Below, piece by piece: positions 1 through 8,889 of a DNA stretch of 52,143 nucleotides. Position 1 is the first letter of the stretch. Every line of letters begins with the position of its first letter. Origin of the DNA: a virus (taxonomy: Duplodnaviria; Caudoviricetes); the IMG/VR virus record IMGVR_UViG_3300032220_000084, positions 1 to 52,143 of that record; one strand, written 5' to 3'. Under the pieces are notes generated by a model, which worked only from the letters and a program-made list of their open reading frames with translations, was not told the origin of the DNA and made no database searches. The position numbers and the translations under genes are program-made.

Positions 1-1
1 A

Positions 2-412
2 GTCATAAAAACCCTTGTAGATGTTGCAATTTCCCCTGATGCAAAGGACGCTGTTAAGGTGCAAGCGGTTAAGGTTTTGGGGACTGTCGTAGAGGTCGGC
101 GCGTTCTTAGAACGGCGTGAAGTCATTAACACCAGCAGCAGCAAGCAAGCAAAGGAAGAGCTACTAGCGCAGATAAGAACCCTGATGAGAGGTGAGGCGG
201 TTGACGCGATTGAGGTTGACGCTGATTCATTACTAGCAGAGCTTGCACCTAGTGAAGTTGAAACGCTACCAGCAGACACCCACCCCGACGCCACCCCCCA
301 AGATGCAAAAGCGGAGTCCCAAGGTGACAAACATACTATTCCACTCAAACAAACTCAATCTTTTATGGAAGATACCCCCTATGAAAATCCAGAGCAGACC
401 CCCGGGGGGTAG
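2..412 (+). CDS. terS: Terminase small subunit, C-terminal part (5'-truncated by the window)
   Basis: Frame is open from base 2. KVQAVKVLG...GAFLER resembles the TerS C-terminal KxxALxLLGxxxGxF motif. Lies upstream of terL. Confidence 0.55.
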   Translation, partial: VIKTLVDVAISPDAKDAVKVQAVKVLGTVVEVGAFLERREVINTSSSKQAKEELLAQIRTLMRGEAVDAIEVDADSLLAELAPSEVETLPADTHPDATPQDAKAESQGDKHTIPLKQTQSFMEDTPYENPEQTPGG

Positions 413-434
413 TAAAAAAATCTATAACGAAAAG

Positions 435-710
435 ATGATTCCTCGTCAGAGTGATATGACGTATGAGGAGTGTATGGAGATAAGTATGTCACCGGCGCAG
501 AATGAAGTTTTTTTGGTAATAGATGAGTGGTGGAAGAAGTACCACTATGCACCGACCTTGAGGGATATAGCGTATATCCGTGGGAAGATGGGACTGGCGA
601 ATACGAAGAGATTGGTGGATAGGTTGGTTGATCTTGGCGTGGTGAAGAAGTTAAAGGGAAGGGGTAGAACGGTTAGACCCGTGTATATCAACTTCAGGAA
701 CTTGGAATGA
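435..710 (+). CDS. LexA-type winged-helix DNA-binding protein without a protease domain
   Basis: MSPAQNEVFLVIDEWWKKYHYAPTLRDIA...LVDRLVDLGVVKKLKGRGRTVR matches the LexA N-terminal pattern. Start uncertain: 381, 435 or 486 (486 has a GGAGA RBS). Confidence 0.7.
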   Translation: MIPRQSDMTYEECMEISMSPAQNEVFLVIDEWWKKYHYAPTLRDIAYIRGKMGLANTKRLVDRLVDLGVVKKLKGRGRTVRPVYINFRNLE

Positions 711-716
711 ACCAGT

Positions 717-815
717 GTAAGGAAACTGTAAGGTGGAAACGTTACCACTTTACACGAAACTTACAGTAAGAAATCAGTAAGGTGGAAACGTTACCACATT
801 ACACCAAACTTACAG
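717..815. repeat. Two tandem ~49-bp repeats, each centred on GTGGAAACGTTACCAC
   Basis: 728-766 and 777-815 read GTAAGGTGGAAACGTTACCAC(T/A)TTACAC(G/C)AAACTTACAG, 37/39 identical. Intergenic, just before terL. Confidence 0.95.
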
Positions 816-829
816 GATAGAAGGAAACT

Positions 830-2320
830 ATGAAACTTGAGCAGTTGATAGATAAATTAGAACCGCATGAGTATGAGAAGTTCATGGCTCAGGTGATGGA
901 GTATCGTGGGGCTGTGGAGAGGGAGAAGGCTCAAGATGGGTTTATGAATTATGTGAAGATGATGTGGCCCGGGTTCGTAAGTGGGAGGCATCATGCTTTG
1001 ATGGCGAAGAAGTTTGAGGATATTGCGAGCGGGAAGATTAAGAGGGCGATTATTAATATGCCGCCGCGACATACAAAATCTGAGTTTGCCTCGTATCTGT
1101 TGCCGAGTTGGTTTCTGGGAAAGTTTCCAAATAAGAAGGTGATTCAGTGTTCTAACACGGCGGATCTGGCTGTTGGGTTTGGACGTAAGGTTAGGAACTT
1201 AGTTGGATCGGAGCAGTATGCGAAGGTGTTTCCTAATGTGGCCTTGAGACAGGATAGTAAGGCAGCTGGTAGATGGGCTACTAATGGAGGTGGTGAGTAT
1301 TTTGCTATTGGTGTTGGGGGTACTGTGACGGGTAAGGGTGCGGATCTTTTGATTATTGACGATCCGCATTCGGAACAAGAGGCTGCTTTAGCTGCTGGCG
1401 ACCCCAGTGTTTACGATAAGGTTTATGAATGGTATACATCTGGCCCTCGGCAACGTTTACAGCCGGGCGGATCTATTGTGATAGTTATGACCAGATGGGG
1501 AGATAGGGATCTAACTGGTAGAGTTATTAAGGATGCAGCAGGTAGAGATAAAGGGGAAGAATGGGAGATTATTGAGCTGCCTGCTATCATGCCGTCAGGG
1601 AATCCTTTGTGGCCTGAGTTTTGGAGTATTGAGGAGCTGTCTGCTCTAAAGGAAGAGTTACCAGCAGCCAAGTGGAATGCGCAGTATCAGCAGAGTCCGA
1701 CAGGTGAGGAGGGTGCGATTGTTAAGCGCGAGTGGTGGAAGAGGTGGACTAAAGAGGATCCTCCTGCTTGTCAGTTCATTATTCAGAGTTGGGATACTGC
1801 TTTTACAAAGAGTGAGCGGAGTGACTATTCGGCTTGTACGACATGGGGTGTATTTTATTTGAATGAGAATTCAGAGGATGCAAACATTATTTTGTTGGAT
1901 GCGTTTAAGAAACGGATGGAGTTCCCTGAGTTAAAGGAGAAAGCTCATGCTAATTATTTGTATTGGGAGCCGGATGCGTTTGTGATTGAGGCGAAGGCGG
2001 CTGGTAGTCCTTTGATATTTGAGTTGAGGGCGATGGGGATTGTGGTGAGTGAATACACGCCTAGTCGGGGGAATGATAAGTTTGTGCGGATAAATTCAGT
2101 TGCTGATTTGTTTAGTTCGGGTAAAGTGTGGGCTCCGGAGACTCGTTGGGCTGATGAATTGATTGAAGAGATGGCTGCATTTCCGAATGCGCCGAATGAT
2201 GACTTGGTGGACTCGTCTACGCAGGCACTGATTAGATTTAGAAAAGGTGGTTTTTTAAGACTTGAAACCGATGAACGGGAAGAGCTTAAAAACTTTCGCA
2301 GAAAACACGCTTACTATTGA
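830..2320 (+). CDS. terL: Terminase large subunit
   Basis: Walker A-like NMPPRHTKS, Walker B LLIIDDP, and nuclease motifs SWDTA and DDLVDSSTQA. Confidence 0.95.
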   Translation: MKLEQLIDKLEPHEYEKFMAQVMEYRGAVEREKAQDGFMNYVKMMWPGFVSGRHHALMAKKFEDIASGKIKRAIINMPPRHTKSEFASYLLPSWFLGKFPNKKVIQCSNTADLAVGFGRKVRNLVGSEQYAKVFPNVALRQDSKAAGRWATNGGGEYFAIGVGGTVTGKGADLLIIDDPHSEQEAALAAGDPSVYDKVYEWYTSGPRQRLQPGGSIVIVMTRWGDRDLTGRVIKDAAGRDKGEEWEIIELPAIMPSGNPLWPEFWSIEELSALKEELPAAKWNAQYQQSPTGEEGAIVKREWWKRWTKEDPPACQFIIQSWDTAFTKSERSDYSACTTWGVFYLNENSEDANIILLDAFKKRMEFPELKEKAHANYLYWEPDAFVIEAKAAGSPLIFELRAMGIVVSEYTPSRGNDKFVRINSVADLFSSGKVWAPETRWADELIEEMAAFPNAPNDDLVDSSTQALIRFRKGGFLRLETDEREELKNFRRKHAYY

Positions 2321-2327
2321 GGTTTAA

Positions 2328-4724
2328 ATGGACATTGCAAAATCACTATACGCTGCTCCTCAAGGTCTTGAGGCTTTAGATGTGCCTGACTTGGAGATTG
2401 AAATTGAAGATCCTGAATCTGTAACCATTGGCGCTGGTGGATTGGAGATTACTTTAGAGCCTGAAACTGAGCGAGGCGAGGAGTTTGACTCTAATCTGGC
2501 TGAATTCATGGATGAAGGTGAATTAGAAAAAGTAGGGTCAGATATTGTTGAGATGGTTGAGGCCGATATTAACTCCCGTAAGGATTGGGTTGATATGTTG
2601 GTTAAGGGCTTAGAAGTTTTGGGTATGAAGTATGAGGAGAGGACTGAGCCGTGGAATGGGGCTTGTGGAGTTTTCTCTACTGTATTGACAGAAGCTGCTG
2701 TTAGGTTCCAGTCCGAGATGATTGTGGAAACGTTTCCAGCAGCGGGGCCGGTAAAGACTGAAATTATTGGCGCTGTTAATAAAATGAAAGAAGAAGCGGC
2801 TGAGAGGGTTCGGGCTGATATGAATTATCAGTTGACTGAGGCCATGCCTGAGTACAGACCTGAGCATGAACGTATGCTGTTTAACTTAGGTCTTTCTGGG
2901 TCAGCTTTTAAGAAGGTTTACTATGATCCCGCTTTGGGACGACAGACCTCTATATATATACCTGCTGAAGATGTGATTATTCCTTACGGATCTAGCGGGG
3001 CTAGGACGGCAGAGCGTGTTACTCATGTGATGCGCAAGACTAAAAATGATGTCAGGAAATTGCAGGCGGCTGGATTTTACAAAGATGTAGATTTGGGTGA
3101 GCCGGTAGCTATTCATACGGACGTAGAGAAAAAGAAAGCCGAAGAGCAGGGCTACTCTTTGACTGATGATGACCGGTATCAGATCTATGAGGTGCAGATA
3201 GATTATGAGATGCCCGGCTATGAAGATGATGATGAGATAGCTTTACCTTATATTGTTTCTATCGATGTGGGAACGGGTAAGGTTTTATCTATCTATCGTA
3301 ACTACGAAGAAGATGATGTTATTCGGTTGAAGAGACAGCACATGGTTCAGTATGACTATGTGCCGGGATTTGGTGCTTATGGTTTTGGATATATCCATTT
3401 GATTGGCGGATATGCAAGGGCTGGCACATCTTTGATTCGTCAGTTGATTGATGCGGGTACTTTGAGTAACTTGCCCGGCGGATTGAAGTCTCGCGGTCTA
3501 CGGGTTAAGGGTGACGACACTCCTATCTCGCCCGGAGAATTTAGAGATGTTGACGTACCGAGCGGGTCGATCAAAGACAACATCATGGCCTTGCCTTATA
3601 AGGAGCCAAGTCAGGTATTGGCTTTGTTGCTTGAGAAGATAACTGAAGAGGGTAGACGACTGGGATCTATTGCTGACATGAAGGTCAGTGATATGAGTGC
3701 TAATGCGCCGGTCGGAACTACACTGGCTATTCTTGAGAGGCAGTTAAAAACGATGTCTGCTGTGCAGGCGCGGGTTCACTTTTCGATGAAGCAGGAATTT
3801 AAGATCCTGAAGAACATCATCCGTGACTATACGCCTACAGAGTATGAGTACGATCCTGAGAGTGGAGATCGTAAGGCCAAGCAAGAAGACTATGACATGG
3901 TGGAAGTAATTCCAGTGTCAGATCCTAATGCTGCAACTATGGCGCAGCGGATTATGCAGTATCAAGCTGTTATCCAGTTGGCGCAGCAAGCTCCACAGAT
4001 CTATAACTTACCTCAGCTGCATCGTCAGATGATTGAAGTGTTGGGGGTTAAGAACGCAGATAAATTGGTGCCAACGAAGGACGATCAGAAGCCAAGAGAT
4101 CCTATTAGTGAGAACATGGCTTTCTTGAGAGGAGAGCCGACAAAGGCGTTCATCTATCAAGACCAAGATGCGCACATTGCAGCTCACCAATCGTTCATGC
4201 AAGATCCAATGATTGCGGCGACTATTGGACAAAATCCTATGGCGCAGCAGATGCAGGCAGCGATCATGGCGCACATTGCAGAACACTTGGCCTTTAAGTA
4301 TCGCAAGGATGTGGAAGAACAAGTTGGTGTTCCATTACCAAATCCTGATGCTGAGTTGCCAGAGGATGTTGAGGTTCAATTGTCTAGGTTGGTTTCTCAA
4401 GGTTCTAAGCAGTTGATGCAAAAGAACACGGCTGAAGCGCAACAAAAACAAGCTCAACAACAAGCTCAAGATCCGCTTATTCAGATGCAGCAGGCAGAGT
4501 TGCAGATTAAGCAGGCGGATGTGCAGCGCAAGACTCAGAAAGACCAGACCGATGCGCAGATTTCTATGCAGAAATTGCAGTTGGAGAAGCTGCGAATTGA
4601 AGCGGAGATTGAGAAAGAGTCAAAGCGTCTGCAATCTCAAGAATTGCAAACAAAGGCAAGGATTGAGGCGGATATGGTTAAGAACCAAATGGACGATATG
4701 TCGCGTAATAACGGAGGCCAGTAA
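2328..4724 (+). CDS. Portal protein
   Basis: 798 aa directly after terL. P22-like portal features (GSAFKKVYYD, YGFGY, Q-rich coiled-coil C-terminus). Confidence 0.9.
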   Translation: MDIAKSLYAAPQGLEALDVPDLEIEIEDPESVTIGAGGLEITLEPETERGEEFDSNLAEFMDEGELEKVGSDIVEMVEADINSRKDWVDMLVKGLEVLGMKYEERTEPWNGACGVFSTVLTEAAVRFQSEMIVETFPAAGPVKTEIIGAVNKMKEEAAERVRADMNYQLTEAMPEYRPEHERMLFNLGLSGSAFKKVYYDPALGRQTSIYIPAEDVIIPYGSSGARTAERVTHVMRKTKNDVRKLQAAGFYKDVDLGEPVAIHTDVEKKKAEEQGYSLTDDDRYQIYEVQIDYEMPGYEDDDEIALPYIVSIDVGTGKVLSIYRNYEEDDVIRLKRQHMVQYDYVPGFGAYGFGYIHLIGGYARAGTSLIRQLIDAGTLSNLPGGLKSRGLRVKGDDTPISPGEFRDVDVPSGSIKDNIMALPYKEPSQVLALLLEKITEEGRRLGSIADMKVSDMSANAPVGTTLAILERQLKTMSAVQARVHFSMKQEFKILKNIIRDYTPTEYEYDPESGDRKAKQEDYDMVEVIPVSDPNAATMAQRIMQYQAVIQLAQQAPQIYNLPQLHRQMIEVLGVKNADKLVPTKDDQKPRDPISENMAFLRGEPTKAFIYQDQDAHIAAHQSFMQDPMIAATIGQNPMAQQMQAAIMAHIAEHLAFKYRKDVEEQVGVPLPNPDAELPEDVEVQLSRLVSQGSKQLMQKNTAEAQQKQAQQQAQDPLIQMQQAELQIKQADVQRKTQKDQTDAQISMQKLQLEKLRIEAEIEKESKRLQSQELQTKARIEADMVKNQMDDMSRNNGGQ
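2725..2738. repeat. Dispersed palindrome copy TGGAAACGTTTCCA, inside portal
   Basis: Exact match to TGGWAACGTTWCCA. Confidence 0.9.
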
Positions 4725-4921
4725 TGGAAACAAAAATATTTGAGGTGTTGAATGGAAAGATTAACGATCAGATCAGACAACACGTTGAATCTCTGAGTGA
4801 TGGTGTAGCTAAAGACTACGCTGGGTACAAGGAGCTGTGCGGAGCAATCCGGGGTCTGCGAACTGCACAGATGGAAATCAATGACCTTGTGCGGAAACTA
4901 AAGGAAAATGAAGATGACTGA
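4724..4921 (+). CDS. Hypothetical protein (head module)
   Basis: Start overlaps the portal stop (TAATG), with GGAGG upstream. Helical, 65 aa. Confidence 0.75.
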   Translation: METKIFEVLNGKINDQIRQHVESLSDGVAKDYAGYKELCGAIRGLRTAQMEINDLVRKLKENEDD

Positions 4922-5312
4922 ATTTGACGTTCAGGCGGTAGATTTGTCTGGTATTTTGAACACCTCGGCAGAGGAAAAGGCCAAGCAAGTACCAGATCCA
5001 TCAACATATCACTTGTTGTGTGTCCTACCAGACATTGATGAGGAGTATGAAAGTGGTTTGATGAAGGCTGGGCAGACCATGCACTATGAAGAGTTACTGT
5101 CACCAGTGCTTTTTGTGGTGAAAATGGGGCCAGATGCCTTCAAAGATGAGAAGAGATTCCCATCTGGGCCATCGTGCAAGGTGGGAGACTTTGTGTTGGT
5201 AAGGCCCAACACTGGAACTCGCATCAAAATCCACGGGAAAGAGTTCAGAATCATCAATGATGACTCTGTAGAGGCCGTTGTGCAAGATCCTCGCGGCGTT
5301 ACACGAGTTTAA
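4914..5312 (+). CDS. GroES-like co-chaperonin
   Basis: VVKMGPDAF...CKVGDFVLVRPNTGTRIKIHGKEFRIINDDSVEAVV matches the Cpn10 pattern. AAGGA RBS favours ATG 4914. Confidence 0.8.
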   Translation: MTEFDVQAVDLSGILNTSAEEKAKQVPDPSTYHLLCVLPDIDEEYESGLMKAGQTMHYEELLSPVLFVVKMGPDAFKDEKRFPSGPSCKVGDFVLVRPNTGTRIKIHGKEFRIINDDSVEAVVQDPRGVTRV

Positions 5313-5321
5313 GGGGCAGAT

Positions 5322-6275
5322 ATGGACAGAACAGAGTACAAATTTCCAGATGAACGGGAAAAAGCCTCTAAAAAGGGCGATGACGACTCCGAAATCAAGA
5401 TAGAAATTGAAGGTGACGGAGAAACAGAGGTAGAAATTGTCGATGACACGCCTAAATCTGCCAAAAAGATGGAAGAACCTCCTAAAGATATGGATGAGGA
5501 GGAGCTTTCTCAGTACGGAGAGAAGGTAAGACGGCGAATTCAGCACCTTCAGAAGGGTTACCACGAGGAAAAACGCCGTACAGAGCAGGCTTATAAGGAG
5601 CGAGAAGAGGCTATCAGGGTCGCTCAAACCATAGTTGAAGAGAACAAAAAGCTCAAAGGTTCGCTAAATCAGGGTCAAAATGCCCTGTTGGAGCAAGCTA
5701 AAAAGGCTGTTGCTTCGGAGATGGAAGATGCTCGGCGCAAGTACAAGGAGGCGTATGAGTCGGGAGACTCTGAGGCTTTGGTGGAAGCGCAAGAAAATAT
5801 GACTTCGACCAAGATGAAACTTGATCGTGTAAATAATTTTAAGCCAGCCCCTTTACAAGAAGATGAAACTCCTGTAACAATACCCCAAGTGTCGGCTCAA
5901 GCCTCAGATCCCAAAGCGGAGAAGTGGCGAGAGAAGAACGAATGGTTTGGAACGGACGATGAAATGACCAGTTTTGCGCTTGGACTCCACAACAAGCTGG
6001 TTAAAAATGGAGTAGATCCAAGTTCTGACGATTACTACGACAAAGTAAATAGTCGTATGCGCCAAGTGTTCCCTGATGCCTTTGAGTCAGAGGAACCCGC
6101 CGGTAAACCTGAAAAGGAGGAGCGGCGAACTAAATCAAATGTGGTTGCGCCAGCAACGAGAAGCTCTGCCCCCAAAAAGGTAGTGTTAACTCAAACCCAA
6201 GTAAATATCGCCAAACGTCTAGGTGTTCCGTTGGAACTCTATGCGCGTAAGGTTGCGGAACAAATGAGGACTTAA
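5322..6275 (+). CDS. Capsid scaffolding protein
   Basis: Acidic N-terminus, long coiled coil, C-terminal IAKRLGVPLELYA helix. Lies between portal and capsid genes. Confidence 0.7.
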   Translation: MDRTEYKFPDEREKASKKGDDDSEIKIEIEGDGETEVEIVDDTPKSAKKMEEPPKDMDEEELSQYGEKVRRRIQHLQKGYHEEKRRTEQAYKEREEAIRVAQTIVEENKKLKGSLNQGQNALLEQAKKAVASEMEDARRKYKEAYESGDSEALVEAQENMTSTKMKLDRVNNFKPAPLQEDETPVTIPQVSAQASDPKAEKWREKNEWFGTDDEMTSFALGLHNKLVKNGVDPSSDDYYDKVNSRMRQVFPDAFESEEPAGKPEKEERRTKSNVVAPATRSSAPKKVVLTQTQVNIAKRLGVPLELYARKVAEQMRT

Positions 6276-6277
6276 AA

Positions 6278-6736
6278 ATGACAGAAGCAGTTCAAAAGCG
6301 TGATAAGCGCGAAACCGAAAACCGTGCAGCAGCCGAGCGTCCAAAAAAATGGATGCCTCCCCAACTTCTGCCTGATCCTCATCCAGAGGAAGGGTATGCG
6401 TTCCGTTGGATCCGACTCAGCACACTTGGTACTTCTGATGCCATGAACATTTCCTCAAAACTTCGTGAAGGCTGGGAGCCAGTCAAAGCCTCAGAACATC
6501 CCGAAATTATCTTGATGAGTGGTCAAGCTAACCGCTTCCCAGATAGTATTGAGATTGGTGGACTGTTGCTTTGTAAGACCCCAGTTGAATTTACTCAGGA
6601 TCGTGATGCGTATTTTGCTAAACAAGCGGATGCACAGATGGCCTCAGTAGATAACACTTTTATGCGCGAGAACGATCCTCGGATGCCTATGTTCAAAGAA
6701 CGTAGCTCTAAGGTAAGTTTTGGCAAAGGTCTATAA
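6278..6736 (+). CDS. Hypothetical head-module protein
   Basis: GAGG RBS. YAFRWIR/GWEPV/GGLLLCK motifs. Position in head operon. Confidence 0.7.
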   Translation: MTEAVQKRDKRETENRAAAERPKKWMPPQLLPDPHPEEGYAFRWIRLSTLGTSDAMNISSKLREGWEPVKASEHPEIILMSGQANRFPDSIEIGGLLLCKTPVEFTQDRDAYFAKQADAQMASVDNTFMRENDPRMPMFKERSSKVSFGKGL

Positions 6737-6756
6737 TTTTTTTTGGAGCTTAAAAC

Positions 6757-7353
6757 ATGGCTTACCCCACTGTCTCAGCACCCTACGGTCTAAAGCCTAT
6801 CAATTCAATTGATGGCAAGCCCTACGCAGGTGCTATTCGACAGATTCCCGTTGCTGCTTCTTTTGGCACTGCTATCTTCGCTGGAGATACAGTTCAAATT
6901 GACAGCACAGGTTATCTGATTCTTTCAACAGCTACCAACTCTGGCAATATTGTCGGCGTTTGCGTGGGTGGTCAGTATGTCAACTCTAGCGGTCAAACCG
7001 TTCAGAGTCAGTACATTCCTGCATCCATCTCAACATCTTCCAACTATGCTTATGCGTATGTTGTAGATGACCAACAAGCACTTTTCAAAGTTGCTGTTGT
7101 TTCTTCTGGAACAACCATGAGTTCCGCTGGTCGCACCGTGGTCGGCACTAACTTGGCTTTGGTTCTCAACGCTGGCAGCACTACCACTGGTAATTCTGCT
7201 TTTGCTGTGACCTTGACAGGTGCTGGTACTACAGCGACTATTCCAATTCGGGTGATTGATGTTGTGCCAGAAACCGCTACTGCGGCTGACACTTACACCG
7301 AGCTGTTGGTGAAAATCAACACACACCAGTACAACAACACCACTGGTATATAA
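6757..7353 (+). CDS. Putative capsid decoration/cement protein
   Basis: Beta-rich and T/S/A/G-rich, immediately upstream of the capsid gene. GGAG RBS. Confidence 0.55.
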   Translation: MAYPTVSAPYGLKPINSIDGKPYAGAIRQIPVAASFGTAIFAGDTVQIDSTGYLILSTATNSGNIVGVCVGGQYVNSSGQTVQSQYIPASISTSSNYAYAYVVDDQQALFKVAVVSSGTTMSSAGRTVVGTNLALVLNAGSTTTGNSAFAVTLTGAGTTATIPIRVIDVVPETATAADTYTELLVKINTHQYNNTTGI

Positions 7354-7363
7354 GGAGTAAGAA

Positions 7364-8275
7364 ATGGCAATTTCACGCGCACAACTACTCAAAGAACTGC
7401 TTCCCGGACTTAACGCATTGTTCGGTCTTGAGTACGCCAAATACGGCGAAGAGCATAAAGAGATCTACGAAACAGAGACATCTGAGCGTAGCTTTGAAGA
7501 AGAAACGAAACTGTCTGGTTTCTCTGCTGCACCCGTCAAAAACGAAGGTTCTGCCATCGCTTATGACAATGCACAGGAAGCATGGACTGCTCGTTACAAC
7601 CACGAAACCATTGCAATGGGCTTCTCCATCACTGAAGAAGCTGTGGAAGACAACCTGTATGACAGTTTGTCCAGCCGCTATACCAAAGCATTGGCTCGCG
7701 CTATGGCTTATACCAAGCAGGTCAAGGCCGCTTTTGTGTTGAACAATGCGTTTGCCACAGCAGTGACCTACGGTGACGGCGTTACCTTGTGTAGCACCGC
7801 CCACCCATTGATCTCTGGTGGCACAAACAGCAACCGCCCAACTACTGGCGCTGACTTGAATGAAACTTCGTTGGAAAACGCAGTTATTCAAATCGCAGGC
7901 TGGACAGATGAGCGCGGCTTGTTGATCGCTGCCAAGCCCAAGAAGTTGGTTGTTCCTCCTAACTTGATGTTCGTTGCTACTCGTCTGTTGGAAACCGAAC
8001 TCCGTGTTTCTACTGCCGACAATGACATCAACGCATTGAAGAACAACGGCTCCATCCCTGAAGGCTATACAGTCAACCACTATTTGACTGATACCAACGC
8101 ATGGTTCCTGATGACTGACGTACCCAATGGTCTGAAGCATTTCATCCGTACTCCGCTGTCTAACAGCATGGACGGTGACTTCGACACTGGTAACGTTCGT
8201 TACAAGGCTCGTGAGCGTTATAGCTTCGGCGTATCAGATCCTCTGGGTGTCTTCGGATCACCCGGTTCGTCCTGA
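7364..8275 (+). CDS. Major capsid protein (Mu gpT-like, HK97 fold)
   Basis: 303 aa, strong AAGGAG RBS. PKKLVVPPNL, YLTDTNAWFL and DFDTGNVRYKARERYSFG motifs. Followed by a terminator. Confidence 0.9.
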   Translation: MAISRAQLLKELLPGLNALFGLEYAKYGEEHKEIYETETSERSFEEETKLSGFSAAPVKNEGSAIAYDNAQEAWTARYNHETIAMGFSITEEAVEDNLYDSLSSRYTKALARAMAYTKQVKAAFVLNNAFATAVTYGDGVTLCSTAHPLISGGTNSNRPTTGADLNETSLENAVIQIAGWTDERGLLIAAKPKKLVVPPNLMFVATRLLETELRVSTADNDINALKNNGSIPEGYTVNHYLTDTNAWFLMTDVPNGLKHFIRTPLSNSMDGDFDTGNVRYKARERYSFGVSDPLGVFGSPGSS

Positions 8276-8284
8276 TAAAAAAAT

Positions 8285-8319
8285 AGAGAAGGGGGTCAAA
8301 AGCCCCCTTTTCTTTTTTT
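8285..8319 (+). terminator. Rho-independent terminator after the capsid gene
   Basis: AGAGAAGGGGGT-CAAAA-GCCCCCTTTTCT hairpin followed by a T-run. Confidence 0.8.
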
Positions 8320-8344
8320 AAATTTCGTGTATATTTAGAACATT

Positions 8345-8419
8345 CCGGGAATCATCCGGCGTATCTGACAGTCCCGGCTGACGACAAGCAGACAGATGCG
8401 CTTCACTTGCTTGTAAGGA
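8345..8419 (+). ncRNA. Structured RNA with interlocked pseudoknots; candidate Mu-gpT-DE-type element
   Basis: Three helices: 8345-50/8372-77, 8359-67/8393-8401 and 8384-90/8408-14. Ends at the AAGGA RBS of the next gene, downstream of a gpT-like capsid gene. Confidence 0.6.
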
Positions 8420-8426
8420 AAAAATC

Positions 8427-8846
8427 ATGGCAAATACCACATTCTCCGGCCCAGTACGATCCCTCAACGGTTTCATCACAGGCCACCAGCCCACTTCTGC
8501 TAACGCAATCAACGCTACAGCTACAGCTACAGCGGCTCAAGTTGCAGACGGCTATATCACTTCCACATCAGCTGCGGCTACAACTATCACGTTACCTACA
8601 GGCACATTGCTTGGTGCTGCTTTGGGAGCATCGCAGGGTACATCTTTTGATCTGTACGTTGACAACACCGCTGGCGCAAGCACAGTGACTATGGCTGTTG
8701 CTACTAATGGCGTTTTGTCTTCTGCTGCTGTTGACACTGCTGCCAGTTTTGGTGACTTAACTATTGCTGCTGGCGCAACGGGTCTTGCTCGTTTCACCAT
8801 CATGTTCTCTAGCGCAACAGCCTACGTTTTCACCCGTACTGCTTAA
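8427..8846 (+). CDS. Putative virion structural protein
   Basis: MANTTFSGPVRSLNGF N-terminus, A/T-rich, AAGGA RBS. Confidence 0.65.
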   Translation: MANTTFSGPVRSLNGFITGHQPTSANAINATATATAAQVADGYITSTSAAATTITLPTGTLLGAALGASQGTSFDLYVDNTAGASTVTMAVATNGVLSSAAVDTAASFGDLTIAAGATGLARFTIMFSSATAYVFTRTA

Positions 8847-8854
8847 TTAATCAC

Positions 8855-8871
8855 GGGGGCTTCGGCCCCTT
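8855..8871 (+). terminator. GC hairpin with cUUCGg tetraloop (weak terminator or stabiliser)
   Basis: GGGGGC-TTCG-GCCCCT, intergenic, with a short T tract. Confidence 0.5.
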
Positions 8872-8889
8872 AATAACAGGAGATTAATT

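Noticed and set aside
243-434. N-terminal extension of the LexA-like ORF
   Set aside because: Overlaps terS, starts at TTG without an RBS, and is low complexity.
717-815. Possible mini-CRISPR array
   Set aside because: Only two copies with about 10 bp between them and no cas operon. The Cas4-like gene sits in a recombination module.
7385-8140. 251-aa antisense ORF over the capsid gene (and similar antisense ORFs elsewhere)
   Set aside because: Expected by-product of codon bias. No RBS or motif.
8188-8201. TGGTAACGTT partial palindrome in the capsid gene
   Set aside because: Only 10/14 match, and explained by the DTGNVRY peptide.
8340-8425. Hammerhead ribozyme (CTGACGA core)
   Set aside because: No GAAA directly after stem II, and no stem III pairing with an NUH site.
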